Positions 20,628-30,463 of a stretch of DNA of 55,260 nucleotides are shown here, one piece after another. The notes beneath the pieces are model-generated. The model worked only from the letters and a program-made list of their open reading frames with translations, made no database searches and had not been told where the DNA came from. The stretch spans positions 1-55,260 of the forward strand of contig CAZWOY010000001.1 of the NCBI GenBank assembly GCA_964635255.1, written 5' to 3'. Made by a program: the position numbers and the translations under genes. The DNA is from an uncultured bacterium (GTDB taxonomy: Bacteria; Electryoneota; AABM5-125-24; Hatepunaeales; Hatepunaeaceae). How positions within the stretch are numbered: position 1 is the first letter of the stretch; the number at the start of each line of letters is the position of its first letter.

Positions 20628-22037
20628 CTATTGATCCTTTCTTTTCAATTTTGTTCGATTAAAATTTTCCGTTGCATATATTATACCATTTCGCCACACA
20701 TCCGTTCCAATTGCATGTACATGTAGATAAGCCGCCAAAACGTTGCGCTTTATTAACCCGTCTCTTTGCAATCCTAATCCTCTGCCTCTTTTTACTGAAA
20801 AAGCAGTACTGATTGTTTCATCAAAATTTACCAAGTTGGAATAATGAAACTCATGACCCCTGATTCGCGTACCCGTTTCATAAAATGGATTCGCTCTATC
20901 GACCTCGACCTCGACATATCCATGTCCCGCCGGTTTCCTGCTAATCGAAACGTCATGTTCGAAAACGCCCGCCATGGGAAATTGCTTATCATTCCAAATT
21001 ATCCTCCTGCATAAAAACATCAACCCGCCGCATTCGGCGTAAATCGGCAATCCGTTTTCAGCGTGTCTGCGCACAGAGTCTAAAAATCCTTTGTTATCTG
21101 ACAGCTTAGCTCCATGCGTCTCAGGAAATCCTCCACCGATATACAGCGCGTCGATATCGGGAAGCTCCCTTAATTCAAATGGATTAACCGGTATTAACTC
21201 GACGCTGTCGCTCTCAAGACTTTCGAGATTCTCCGGATAGTAAAAAGTAAACGCCGATCCGGTAAAATAACCGATCTTTAATCTACGCTTAATTACTGTA
21301 TCTGACGTAAGTTTCGTATTATCGCCAAGATCTTTTTTTAGTCCGGGAGCGCTGTGACAAGCGGCGGATATTTTACTAAGATCGACGCTGTCGCGAATCA
21401 ATTTTCCGGCCTCCTCGATCGCTTTAACCGCCTGTTGATTTTCCTCAGGCGTTATTAATCCCAAATGTCTGCCCGGCAGCAGATCGGTTTTGTTTCGATA
21501 TACCGCGCCAAGCGCCGGAATTCCGGTTTCGTTTTCGATAGCGCCGCGTATAACCGATTCCTGTCGTTTGGTGGCGACGTTATTTAGAATGACGCCGCAG
21601 AGATTTACATTTTTGTCAAAGAGCTTGATTCCTAAAAGGATCGCCGCTGCGGTTCTGGTCACTTTCACAACCGGCAGAACAAGCGCCACCGGACATTTTA
21701 GCAACTTGGCCAGTTCTGCAGACGAGTGAGTTCCCCTTGAATCTTCGCCGTCGTGCAGTCCGCGATTTGCCTCGATGATATTAATTCCATCATTAGTGCA
21801 AAATCTGTGGAATGAACTAACGACATTCTCAGCGCCCATCATCCACGTATCGAGATTTCTGGCGTGGTTTCCCGCAGCAAGTTTCAGCCAAGCGGGATCA
21901 ATATAGTCCGGTCCTTTCTTAAAAGGAACCACTGGAACCCCCTCGCAACGCCAGGCATTTATTAATCCTAACGTTACGAGGGTTTTTCCGCTGTCGCCTC
22001 CCGTCCCGGCAATTATCAAGCGGGGCGGATTGTACAC
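20628..22037 (-). CDS. dsrN: DsrN, cobyrinic-acid a,c-diamide synthase-like siroheme amidase
   Basis: N-terminal IIAGTGGDSGKT P-loop and a C-terminal glutamine amidotransferase region (YAECGGLMFL). Confidence 0.8.
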   Translation of the reverse strand: MYNPPRLIIAGTGGDSGKTLVTLGLINAWRCEGVPVVPFKKGPDYIDPAWLKLAAGNHARNLDTWMMGAENVVSSFHRFCTNDGINIIEANRGLHDGEDSRGTHSSAELAKLLKCPVALVLPVVKVTRTAAAILLGIKLFDKNVNLCGVILNNVATKRQESVIRGAIENETGIPALGAVYRNKTDLLPGRHLGLITPEENQQAVKAIEEAGKLIRDSVDLSKISAACHSAPGLKKDLGDNTKLTSDTVIKRRLKIGYFTGSAFTFYYPENLESLESDSVELIPVNPFELRELPDIDALYIGGGFPETHGAKLSDNKGFLDSVRRHAENGLPIYAECGGLMFLCRRIIWNDKQFPMAGVFEHDVSISRKPAGHGYVEVEVDRANPFYETGTRIRGHEFHYSNLVNFDETISTAFSVKRGRGLGLQRDGLIKRNVLAAYLHVHAIGTDVWRNGIIYATENFNRTKLKRKDQ

Positions 22038-22057
22038 AGTTTTACTCGATTCCAGGT

Positions 22058-22303
22058 TTAGTTTGCGGCGCCTTCTTTATGAGGCAGTTCTACAAAGCTG
22101 CCTCCGAAATAGGTATAGACGCAGCGACCGCTGTCAACGAGATACTTAACCGCGTCTTTGGCTAATTTCTTATCGACGTCGGGATACATCTCCCTTACGG
22201 CTTTTACGAGGTCGCCGGATTTGTATTTTTTCTGTCCGGTTCCCTCTTTTACCAACTTGTACATTACGTCTGCAAGTTCATCGCGTGTCGGTTGATCAGC
22301 CAT
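22058..22303 (-). CDS. dsrD: DsrD, small winged-helix protein of reductive dsr operons
   Basis: 81 aa directly after dsrB, K-rich, with a C-terminal ...YTYFGGSFVELP similar to the YWSSGSTTMYGL region of Desulfovibrio DsrD. Confidence 0.75.
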   Translation of the reverse strand: MADQPTRDELADVMYKLVKEGTGQKKYKSGDLVKAVREMYPDVDKKLAKDAVKYLVDSGRCVYTYFGGSFVELPHKEGAAN

Positions 22304-22330
22304 GATATGGCCTCCTTAATTATGTGTCAA

Positions 22331-23413
22331 CTAAAACCGCAGGTGCGCAGACGTCTTATAGGTCAATCCTGCATGTTTAAAGTCATCGATATGTTCTTTC
22401 TGGAATTCGACGCCGGTCATCTCAAAGAATCTTGGCCAACCGATTCGTTCGATCCATTCGCCTACTCTTTCGTAAGGATGCGCATTTTCTTTCCAGATAT
22501 TAACAATATTTTTGACCGCATCGACGACCTCTGGCCACCGCGGTGGATTATTTGGAATGTAAGGAATTGCCAATTTTGAGAACATCGGCTCCATGCGAGC
22601 GTTCGATACTTTTCCGCCGACCCAGATCGAAACGCCGTCAGTTACCGGATCGTTCAGTGGCATTGCCGGGCAAACCGTATAGCAGTTCGCGCAATACATG
22701 CAGCGTTCTTCCAAAACTTCGACGGACGGATTGCCATCGACTTCCGCCGGACGAATTGCCGCTGTCGGGCAGGAAGCGGTCACGTTTGGAATTTCGCAGA
22801 CTTTGCGAAGATTCCCGTGATCTACCACAGGGGCGCGGCGGTGAATTCCTAAAATAGCAATATCCGAGCAGTGTACGGCGCCGCACATATTCAGACAGCA
22901 AGCCAATGCAATTCTGATTTTGCCGGGTAAACGGGTATTGGTGAATTCATCGATCAATTCATCCATCACCGCTTTAACGATGCCGGATGCGTCAGTTGCC
23001 GCCGAGTGGCAGTGCACCCAACCTTGTGTATGAACGATATTCGAAATCGAATTCGCTACACCGCCAACAGGATGCCCTAAGCTCTCAATCGCTTTCTTTA
23101 TGGGCTGTAAATTTTCTTTCTTGGTGGTCAGCATCTCCACGTTATTACGACTTGTAAAACGGAAATATCCGTCACAATACTTATCGGCAATGTCGCAGAG
23201 TTGCCTGATTTTCTGAATCGACATAATCCGCGCCGAAGCAGCGCGAATTGTGTAAATCGAATCGCCCGATTCCGCAACGTGCATATATATGCCCGGTTCA
23301 AGAATCTCATGGTAATCCCACTTGCCGTAGTTTTCTTTAATTACGGGCGGGAGATTTAATTCATAATGAGGCGGACCAATGTCCGTAATCCTTTGTGCAG
23401 GTTCTGCAGCCAT
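22331..23413 (-). CDS. dsrB: dissimilatory sulfite reductase beta subunit
   Basis: Siroheme/4Fe-4S Cys motifs ([23 protein letters not shown]) and an inserted ferredoxin domain (CPTAAI...[12 protein letters not shown]). Confidence 0.9.
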   Translation of the reverse strand: MAAEPAQRITDIGPPHYELNLPPVIKENYGKWDYHEILEPGIYMHVAESGDSIYTIRAASARIMSIQKIRQLCDIADKYCDGYFRFTSRNNVEMLTTKKENLQPIKKAIESLGHPVGGVANSISNIVHTQGWVHCHSAATDASGIVKAVMDELIDEFTNTRLPGKIRIALACCLNMCGAVHCSDIAILGIHRRAPVVDHGNLRKVCEIPNVTASCPTAAIRPAEVDGNPSVEVLEERCMYCANCYTVCPAMPLNDPVTDGVSIWVGGKVSNARMEPMFSKLAIPYIPNNPPRWPEVVDAVKNIVNIWKENAHPYERVGEWIERIGWPRFFEMTGVEFQKEHIDDFKHAGLTYKTSAHLRF

Positions 23414-23474
23414 TTCTGACTCCTTTATATCCTAATTATTTTTCGAAATTGAACAAACAACTACGAGGGAAGAA

Positions 23475-24689
23475 TTAATCTTCCTCTGCCTCGCCTAACT
23501 CGTAGAACACATAAGGATTCGTACGAGGATGAGCGACCATTTCCGCTTCGGGTTCAAGCCCGATGGCGTCGAGGAAGTTGCCCAAACCGATGCGCTGAAT
23601 GAATTCGCCAACGCGTTCGCGGTTCTTGCCTTCTTCGCCCCAGAGATCCCAAATCTCATCGACGAGTTCTTTGAGATCTTCAAAATTAGGATCATCGTCG
23701 TTATATGGCGGATCCATCTGCATGAAGGGAATCAAAACGCTCGAAAGCATTGCGCCTTCAAGAATAGGAGCTTTCGCGCCCAACAGAATAGTAGCTCCGC
23801 GGTCTTTACCGGGTTTCAGCGCGCGATGCATAACGTTAATACAATGCATACAGCGCGTACAATTCCGGTTGTCGATGTTCAACTGTTTGCCGTCCCATTC
23901 CATACACTGGGTCGGGCAGCGGTTGATTACGTCGCGTCCAATATTCAAGCCTTCATCCACATACTGTCCAACACGATCCTGATCGATTTGAATATCATCG
24001 CGCCAGGTTCCGATAATCGACATATCGGCGCGGGCAATCGACGCTACGCAATCGTTAGGGCAGCCCGCCATCTTAAACTTAAACTTGTAAGGGAAAAACG
24101 GACGGTGCAGCTCGTCTTGATATTGCATCGTCAAGTCGTATGTTACCCTTAAAGTATCGTACATCGCCCATTCGCAGCGTGCCGGTCCATTACAGCAGGA
24201 AGGCGTGCGCAATACCGATCCCGAGCCGCCAAGGTCAAAGCCAAGTTTTGTTAACTCAGCAAAGGTCGGTTCGAGTTCATCGGTAGTAGTGCCTAAAAAT
24301 ACGATGTCTCCAGTCGATCCGTGCATATTGGTCAAGCCGGATCCATGTTCTTCCCAAATATCGCACAGCTTACGCAATACATCGGTTGTGTAAAACCATC
24401 CAGCGGGCTGGTTAATACGTAGCGTGTGAAAATGCGAAATCGCCGGATAATCCTCGGGAATATCGACATAACGCCCAATGACGCCGCCGCCATATCCCAT
24501 GACGCCTACGATGCCGCCATGTTTCCAGTGTCCGATTCTCTCATTGTAAGAACGTTCCAATACGCCCAATAATGCATTGGACATATCATTTGTTTGCGCC
24601 GCAGCTTCAATTTCCTTTACAAAGCTGGGCCAGGCCCCTTTCTTTAACTCCGAAAGTTTTCCAGTGGCCTCTCTTTTTACATCAGCCAT
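23475..24689 (-). CDS. dsrA: dissimilatory sulfite reductase alpha subunit
   Basis: 404 aa with [21 protein letters not shown] and the ferredoxin-domain [10 protein letters not shown]. Paired with dsrB. Confidence 0.9.
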   Translation of the reverse strand: MADVKREATGKLSELKKGAWPSFVKEIEAAAQTNDMSNALLGVLERSYNERIGHWKHGGIVGVMGYGGGVIGRYVDIPEDYPAISHFHTLRINQPAGWFYTTDVLRKLCDIWEEHGSGLTNMHGSTGDIVFLGTTTDELEPTFAELTKLGFDLGGSGSVLRTPSCCNGPARCEWAMYDTLRVTYDLTMQYQDELHRPFFPYKFKFKMAGCPNDCVASIARADMSIIGTWRDDIQIDQDRVGQYVDEGLNIGRDVINRCPTQCMEWDGKQLNIDNRNCTRCMHCINVMHRALKPGKDRGATILLGAKAPILEGAMLSSVLIPFMQMDPPYNDDDPNFEDLKELVDEIWDLWGEEGKNRERVGEFIQRIGLGNFLDAIGLEPEAEMVAHPRTNPYVFYELGEAEED

Positions 24690-24753
24690 GACTCTCCTCA
24701 GTTTAGTTATGTTGAGGACATTTATTTACGAAACTTTTTTACTGAATATCCAA

Positions 24754-27015
24754 CTAAAATCCTTTGTAGGGATTTGGCTCCAGTTCCTCGATTTCCTCGC
24801 AGAACTCGTTTATCAACCCGGCAACGTATTCCCAATCGGAAATTTCGACCGATTCGATCTTAACGCGTTCGCGCTCAAGCACTAACTGTTCTAATTTCTC
24901 CTGCACATTCTTCATTCTGATCTTAGCCAATTCACTGCCGCGAATAAAGTGACACTGATAATCATCGCCTCTCTGACATCCGAGAAGCATAATACCGTCA
25001 AATCCATTCGACAACGCATCTGCAATCCAAACCGTGTTCACCGAACCGATGCATCTGACCGGAATTATCCTCGCCCATGCCGGCAATTTTACACGATGCA
25101 TCGCCGCAACGTCCAGCGCCGGTATAGCATCGTTTTCGCACATAAATACAAGAACTCTTGGTTTCTCATCTTCTTCGTCCGGGATCTCGATGCTCTTGAT
25201 CATCTGCGAAACCATATTCGGTCCATAATTCTTAAAGGAAATAATCCGTTCAGGACAGGCTCCCATACAAATTCCGCACCGACGGCATCGAAGCAGATTT
25301 GGCATGGGCGTACCCTTTTCATCTTCGTCCAGCGTACCAAACGGACATTCCTGTGTGCAACGCTTGCACTGCGTACAGCGCTGCAGGAAGAAATCCGGAA
25401 AACTGGCGTCGCCTGATCTGGGATGCACGGCTACGCCGCGATCTGAAATTTCCACCGATTGTATGGCTTTTAAAGCCGCTCCCAAACCATCATTCCTTGC
25501 AGTGGCAATATCCATCGGAGCGCGAACCATGCCCGACATATAAATGCCGGTTCGCCTCGTCTCATAAGGAAAACATATAAAATGGGAATCAGGGAACCCA
25601 TATTTCAATGTTGGAGCGTCCGGTCCTTGCATATATTGCAAATTAAGCACAAATTCTGACGGATCTTTTGCTTTTTCCTCTTTTTCCTCTTCTTCTTCCT
25701 CCTCTTCCTCTTTTTTAGGATCGGCTACTAATGGTTTATCCACAATCGGCGTGGCGTCGGGAACGATACCTGTCGCTAATACCAGAAGATCGGCTTCAAC
25801 GTCGATCGGTTCGCCTAACAGCGTATCCTCAAGCGAGACTTTGATTCCTTCATTATCGACGCCATCGACGCCGGCAATTTCGCCTTTGGTCAGATACACG
25901 CCTTCCTTCTGCTGAACCGCTTCATAGAATTGTTCGTACAAACCGGGACTTCTAATGTCCTTATACAGCAGGAATACTTCCGAATCTTTAATCATATCCC
26001 GGACATATAAAGACTGTTTCAACGCTGTGCGGCAGCACGCTGCGGAACAATAAGGCAGATGCTCCTTATCCCTGGATCCGGCGCAATGGACTATGGCGAC
26101 TCTTTTAGGCGCCTGCCCATCGGAAGGGCGCTTTATTCCGCCGTTTTGCACCATTTCCTCAAGTTCGACAGCGGTTACCACGTTTTTCAACCTGCCATAG
26201 CCGTATTTATCCTTAAGATTATTCGCGTCATAAGGTTTAAAGCCGGTTGCCTGGACTATAGCGCCAATATTTATGACTTGTTCTCCGGATCTATTTTTCA
26301 GCGTCACCTCAAACTGCCCGGGTTGTCCTTTGGTATTCCAGACTCTGGTCGAAGTGTGAACTGTAATGTTCTTATTGTTGTCGATTTCTTGGACAAGTCC
26401 TTTTACAGGTGGATCGACCAATTCCGTAAAGGGTGGTTCAGAAGGAAAAACTTTATGGTATTTTCCAGCCCATCCGCCAAGTTTATCTTCCTTTTCAACC
26501 AGAACAGCTTTGTAACCTGCTTTAGCGACGGCGAGCGCAGCCGACATGCCGGAAACGCCGCCCCCAACGACCATTATATCCTTATTAACTTCCTCATCTA
26601 TCGGAGCCGGCGCTTCGCCGTTTTCAACCTTCGCAGAAGCCATGCGGATATAATCCGCAGCCATTTCATGAATTGGGTGCTCGTCCTCATCCCAATCGTC
26701 TTCCTCGAAATCTTCCCGATTCTGAGTCCACGCCACATATTCTCTAAGCGGAACTCGCTCTACAAGAACACCGGGTCCGAAATCGAATCGCTCGGTGAAA
26801 TATCTGCCGGAACAGGCTCCGACGATGATCTTATTCAGACCTTTTTCATCGATATCCGACTTAATTTTATTAACGCATTCTCCGCACACTAAAGGATCAG
26901 TGTGGAGAACCTCAAAATTAAGTTCATCCTCTATCGTATCTTTCAACTCATCGAAATCGATCGTCTTGTCGATTCCACAGCCTGTACAGAGGTAAATTCC
27001 GATTTTCTTTTCCAT
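24754..27015 (-). CDS. qmoB: QmoB (HdrA-like flavoprotein with a C-terminal MvhD-like domain)
   Basis: VVGGGVSGMSAA FAD motif, HdrA-type CAGSRD...PYCSAACC, 2x[4Fe-4S] (CTQCKRCTQECP, CRRCGICMGACP) and an MvhD-like VLVFMCENDA. Contains a poly-Glu insert. Confidence 0.85.
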   Translation of the reverse strand: MEKKIGIYLCTGCGIDKTIDFDELKDTIEDELNFEVLHTDPLVCGECVNKIKSDIDEKGLNKIIVGACSGRYFTERFDFGPGVLVERVPLREYVAWTQNREDFEEDDWDEDEHPIHEMAADYIRMASAKVENGEAPAPIDEEVNKDIMVVGGGVSGMSAALAVAKAGYKAVLVEKEDKLGGWAGKYHKVFPSEPPFTELVDPPVKGLVQEIDNNKNITVHTSTRVWNTKGQPGQFEVTLKNRSGEQVINIGAIVQATGFKPYDANNLKDKYGYGRLKNVVTAVELEEMVQNGGIKRPSDGQAPKRVAIVHCAGSRDKEHLPYCSAACCRTALKQSLYVRDMIKDSEVFLLYKDIRSPGLYEQFYEAVQQKEGVYLTKGEIAGVDGVDNEGIKVSLEDTLLGEPIDVEADLLVLATGIVPDATPIVDKPLVADPKKEEEEEEEEEKEEKAKDPSEFVLNLQYMQGPDAPTLKYGFPDSHFICFPYETRRTGIYMSGMVRAPMDIATARNDGLGAALKAIQSVEISDRGVAVHPRSGDASFPDFFLQRCTQCKRCTQECPFGTLDEDEKGTPMPNLLRCRRCGICMGACPERIISFKNYGPNMVSQMIKSIEIPDEEDEKPRVLVFMCENDAIPALDVAAMHRVKLPAWARIIPVRCIGSVNTVWIADALSNGFDGIMLLGCQRGDDYQCHFIRGSELAKIRMKNVQEKLEQLVLERERVKIESVEISDWEYVAGLINEFCEEIEELEPNPYKGF

Positions 27016-28283
27016 TATTTCGCCCCCGCTATTTGCATCAAAGCTTTCGCAACCGCGCCGGTTGCATCCTGATTGCTGCCCGCTACGTCTTTAGGTCCGG
27101 TTGCTACTCCGGCTCCTATGGCGTCTCCCTGCCAAATAAAACCGAATTCATCCTGCGTTACATTCACCAATGGCTTTTCGGTTTTTGCCGCCGGCTGCAT
27201 TCCGGTCGCCAGAACCGCCATATCAACAGTTACGCGCTCTAAATTTCCTGTGAGCGTGTTCTCACCGACAACTGTAACCATGCCGTCTTCAGCCTCTTCA
27301 ATCTTTGCAACTTTACCGCGATGGATGATTGTTTTTTCATCGTCTTGCACGTTTTGATAGAAATCTTCCCATCGTCCAGGCGTTCTCGCATCGATAAAAA
27401 ATACGTGTATTTCCGCATCGGGATATTGTTCGCGAACATACCGGCTCTGCTTTAGCGACGCCATGCAGCAAATAGCCGAACAATACGGCAAATGATTTCT
27501 ATCGCGCGATCCGGCGCACTGGACAAATGCAACCTTGTTCAATTCCTTGCCGTCGGACGGACGAAGCAGCTTGCCGTTATAAATCCCGCCGGCGGCTATC
27601 ATCCGCTCCATAACCATGTTCGTTACAACATTGGGAAGCTTGCCGTAATTCATGCCCTCAAGCTTGGTCGCATCGTACGGCTCCCATCCTGTAGCCCAGA
27701 TAATCGATTTGCCCTTCACTGAAACCTGCTCTTCCTTCATATCCAAATCAATCGCATTCGCCGGGCAAATTTCGACTAACTTTTTCATCGCAGGATCGTT
27801 CACCGTCTCGGGGGCGACCATATAGAGATTTGGGAAAGCCATTTCATTTGGCAGCCTGATGGCTTTAGCCTTTTTTAATCCGAAGTTAAACGGATCATCG
27901 ACCTCGACTTCACAAGCTTTTTCGCAGTCTCCGCAAGCAGTGCACGCTTCCGTTACGTATCTCGGTTCTAATGTAGTCTGAACCGTGTAATTCCCAACGC
28001 CGCCTTCGATCTTGTCAAGTTTGGCTCCGGTCAGGACGGTAATGTTGGGATTGTTTTTTATCCGTCTAAAATTTATCTCCAGTCCGCAGAATGGAGGACA
28101 GATCTTTGGAAAATATCGGTGGAGTTGAGCTACCCGGCCACCGAGAAAATGTTCCTTTTCAAGCAATACAACCTTTTTCCCGACCTCTGCGGCTTCAATA
28201 GCGGCGGTAATACCGGAAATCCCGCCGCCGACCACGACCAGATCGGCTTCAAGGCTGTTATTGTCATTTCTGAATTGTGCCAT
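27015..28283 (-). CDS. qmoA: QmoA (HdrA-like flavoprotein)
   Basis: VVVGGGISGITAA, CAGSRDRNHLPYCSAICC and CTACGDCEKAC. Its stop overlaps the qmoB start by 1 nt. Confidence 0.85.
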   Translation of the reverse strand: MAQFRNDNNSLEADLVVVGGGISGITAAIEAAEVGKKVVLLEKEHFLGGRVAQLHRYFPKICPPFCGLEINFRRIKNNPNITVLTGAKLDKIEGGVGNYTVQTTLEPRYVTEACTACGDCEKACEVEVDDPFNFGLKKAKAIRLPNEMAFPNLYMVAPETVNDPAMKKLVEICPANAIDLDMKEEQVSVKGKSIIWATGWEPYDATKLEGMNYGKLPNVVTNMVMERMIAAGGIYNGKLLRPSDGKELNKVAFVQCAGSRDRNHLPYCSAICCMASLKQSRYVREQYPDAEIHVFFIDARTPGRWEDFYQNVQDDEKTIIHRGKVAKIEEAEDGMVTVVGENTLTGNLERVTVDMAVLATGMQPAAKTEKPLVNVTQDEFGFIWQGDAIGAGVATGPKDVAGSNQDATGAVAKALMQIAGAK

Positions 28284-28346
28284 TTAACAAAAAACCTCTT
28301 ATCCCGGTTAACAAAATTATCTGAATTTAAAGTCTAAAAATCAAAT

Positions 28347-29492
28347 TTACCGCAATTTCTGCGGTTCGCGCCCGATTGACTTGGCGTAAGTCATCCCCAG
28401 GGTGCGATAGAACATGTGCCCGAAATGACTGTAGGGCGCATACCATAGCAAGAAGAACACCAGCACGAGGTGAACGTAGTATGTCCCGTAAGCCAGCATC
28501 GGCAGTTCGCCCATGCGTAAGAACTGTATTATCATCCCGGTAAACGCCACGCCTAATAACACCACATAGAACAGCGTGTAGGAATACCTCATCGCTCCGC
28601 CCGCTTCAGGGTCGCGCGCGCGAATAACTATCACTATCGCCAGTCCCGCCAACAACGCCAGACCGCTGACATTGCCCAAAATCTTAATCGGATGGTACAT
28701 CGCCATCGATGGAATAGCGTCTAACGGGTAATGAGCCGGATGAATCAAATGCAAGTATTCCATTCTCGCCAGCGCTAACCCCGCCGTAGCCATTGCGCCG
28801 ATAAATCCATAAAAAACTAACAAGTGAGCGGCTCTGCGATATTTCGCGGCGTCGCATCTTCCAAACCGATTGTGGTTGATAATATCGCTTATCGTCCGAA
28901 AAAGCGCAGTCATGAAACCGATCTTGGGCTTAATTCCGCCTTCGCGAACCATTGCCTTATAAAACCGATGCAAACCGACGGCTGCGAATGCAAAAATCAT
29001 AATGTTGCCCGCCATCCACAAACCTTCGATCAATCCGTTCTTAACGAACTCGGTAAAGTGAACATGGCCTGTGAATTCGGTTATCTTCGACCAATCGGCT
29101 AACAGCGCCACAATAATTATCGGAATAATAAACAAAATCGGCAATCCCGACGGTCTCGCGAGAAGCTTTCCCATAAACGGAGGGAATGCGTAATGCTCGA
29201 ACGCATGATTTCGCGCCGCCGCCATAACGTCTCCCGGTCGAGCGCCTCTGGGGCATTTTACATTGCAGTCATTACATTGATGGCAAAGCCAGATATCCGG
29301 ATCCGCCGCGAGCTTATCTTCTAACCCCCATTGGGCGTACATCATTTCTTTGCGCGGGAACGGCCGGTCTTCCGGCGTCAATTTACATACAGCGGAGCAA
29401 GTCGCACACTGGTAGCATTTCTTAAGATCCTCGCCGCCAGCGGATTCAATTCTTTTTATGAATTTAGCGTCTGTCTTGTAAGTCGATGCCAA
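28347..29492 (-). CDS. qmoC: QmoC (HdrC-like 2x[4Fe-4S] domain fused to a NarI/HdrE-like heme-b membrane domain)
   Basis: N-terminal CYQCATCSAVC and CHQCNDCNVKCP, followed by about 6 TM helices with conserved His residues. Confidence 0.8.
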   Translation of the reverse strand: MASTYKTDAKFIKRIESAGGEDLKKCYQCATCSAVCKLTPEDRPFPRKEMMYAQWGLEDKLAADPDIWLCHQCNDCNVKCPRGARPGDVMAAARNHAFEHYAFPPFMGKLLARPSGLPILFIIPIIIVALLADWSKITEFTGHVHFTEFVKNGLIEGLWMAGNIMIFAFAAVGLHRFYKAMVREGGIKPKIGFMTALFRTISDIINHNRFGRCDAAKYRRAAHLLVFYGFIGAMATAGLALARMEYLHLIHPAHYPLDAIPSMAMYHPIKILGNVSGLALLAGLAIVIVIRARDPEAGGAMRYSYTLFYVVLLGVAFTGMIIQFLRMGELPMLAYGTYYVHLVLVFFLLWYAPYSHFGHMFYRTLGMTYAKSIGREPQKLR

Positions 29493-29501
29493 TCTTGTAT
29501 C

Positions 29502-30326
29502 CTATTTCTGGGAAACGGGTTGCTTAAATTTCGAAGCCGCTTCCGGCTTTATCGGCACTGTTTTCTCACCGAATAAAGCCACTTTCACCCATTTAAATCC
29601 AAATCTGAGCAATTCTTCATCATCCTTTTCCAGCAAACTTAACTCATTGTCAGAAATATCGAATCTCTGTAAAAACGTACTTCCAAAAATGAAAGTTCTG
29701 AATTTATCCAAATCGTATAAAGCCATCCAGTACATTTCCACATGTTTCGGCGTAGGTTTCCAGCCCTTTGTAAGTTTCGAGTGTAAAGTCACTTCTTTGA
29801 AAAGTTCACCGAACTCATCATAGGGTCTGATACCCTGATCGTCGATCCACTCGCCTATTTTCCATTTTTTTTCACAGCCGAAACCATGACAAACGTCTTC
29901 GCGCATTTCGAAATAAAACTTTTCATCGTTCAATCCTTCCATCTCGGAAGGCGATGCCGAGCCCAACGGGTACATCCGGCAGGGCCAGGGGCGATTATCA
30001 TAGATCGTACAGCCTTTTTCCTGATCGACAAAATGGCATTCCTTTTTATCCGTATCCTTCATCAGCATCAGCGGCATAGGCAGCTTCTGCTTTTCATCGA
30101 ACGGCACGATCGTATATCTGCTTAAAAACTGATCCGACCTGAGATCCAATGCATTTTTCATTCGCATAACGTCATAAGGCGTCAAGAAAATATTGACGTC
30201 GGCGCAACAAGCATTGAAACAATCCAAATGCGGTCCGCATTCGAATTGAAATATATCCTCTTCACTTAACCTTGGGTATTCCTTAAGAATCTTTTCCTTA
30301 AGCTTTTCGATTTCTTCGAAACTCAT
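29502..30326 (-). CDS. YkgJ-family (CxxCxxCC-type) cysteine-cluster protein
   Basis: ECGPHLDCFNACCADVNIFLTPYD and CHFVD..KGCTIYDNRPWPCRMYP match the hallmark pattern of the putative Zn/Fe-chelating YkgJ family. Start moved to the Met at 30326, because the upstream 37 codons of the ORF are REP hairpin sequence. Confidence 0.65.
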   Translation of the reverse strand: MSFEEIEKLKEKILKEYPRLSEEDIFQFECGPHLDCFNACCADVNIFLTPYDVMRMKNALDLRSDQFLSRYTIVPFDEKQKLPMPLMLMKDTDKKECHFVDQEKGCTIYDNRPWPCRMYPLGSASPSEMEGLNDEKFYFEMREDVCHGFGCEKKWKIGEWIDDQGIRPYDEFGELFKEVTLHSKLTKGWKPTPKHVEMYWMALYDLDKFRTFIFGSTFLQRFDISDNELSLLEKDDEELLRFGFKWVKVALFGEKTVPIKPEAASKFKQPVSQK

Positions 30327-30383
30327 CCACTCTCGATTTTTTAAATTGTTTTGCGATCTAAATACTCTTGTTCGATCAATCCA

Positions 30384-30463
30384 AGCAGCCCGAACACTCT
30401 TGTTCGGACGTTGTTTACATTTGGACGTCCACGACATCCGCGAACAAGAGTGTTCGCGCTGCT
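30384..30463. repeat. REPIN-like inverted doublet of the 24-nt hairpin element AGCAGCSCGAACACTCTTGTTCGS (family A)
   Basis: Copies at 30384-30407 and 30440-30463 are inverted relative to each other. Each folds as CGAACA/TGTTCG plus a closing pair. The right copy abuts the stop codon of the 104-aa gene. Confidence 0.85.

Noticed and set aside
23529-24152. 207-aa plus-strand ORF, plus a 127-aa neighbour, inside dsrA
   Set aside because: It is antisense to a confidently identified dsrA. The sequence is low-complexity and Arg/Ser/Phe-rich with no recognisable motif, typical of a shadow ORF opposite a coding region.
26059-26892. 277-aa plus-strand ORF opposite qmoB
   Set aside because: It is a shadow ORF antisense to qmoB, with no motifs and no plausible start context.
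30327-30437. 37-codon N-terminal extension of the YkgJ-like ORF (MSWTSKCKQRPNKSVRAAW...)
   Set aside because: This stretch is made of the family-A REP hairpin doublet, which also occurs non-codingly at 46059-46124. The internal Met at 30326 gives a protein that starts right before the conserved domain.
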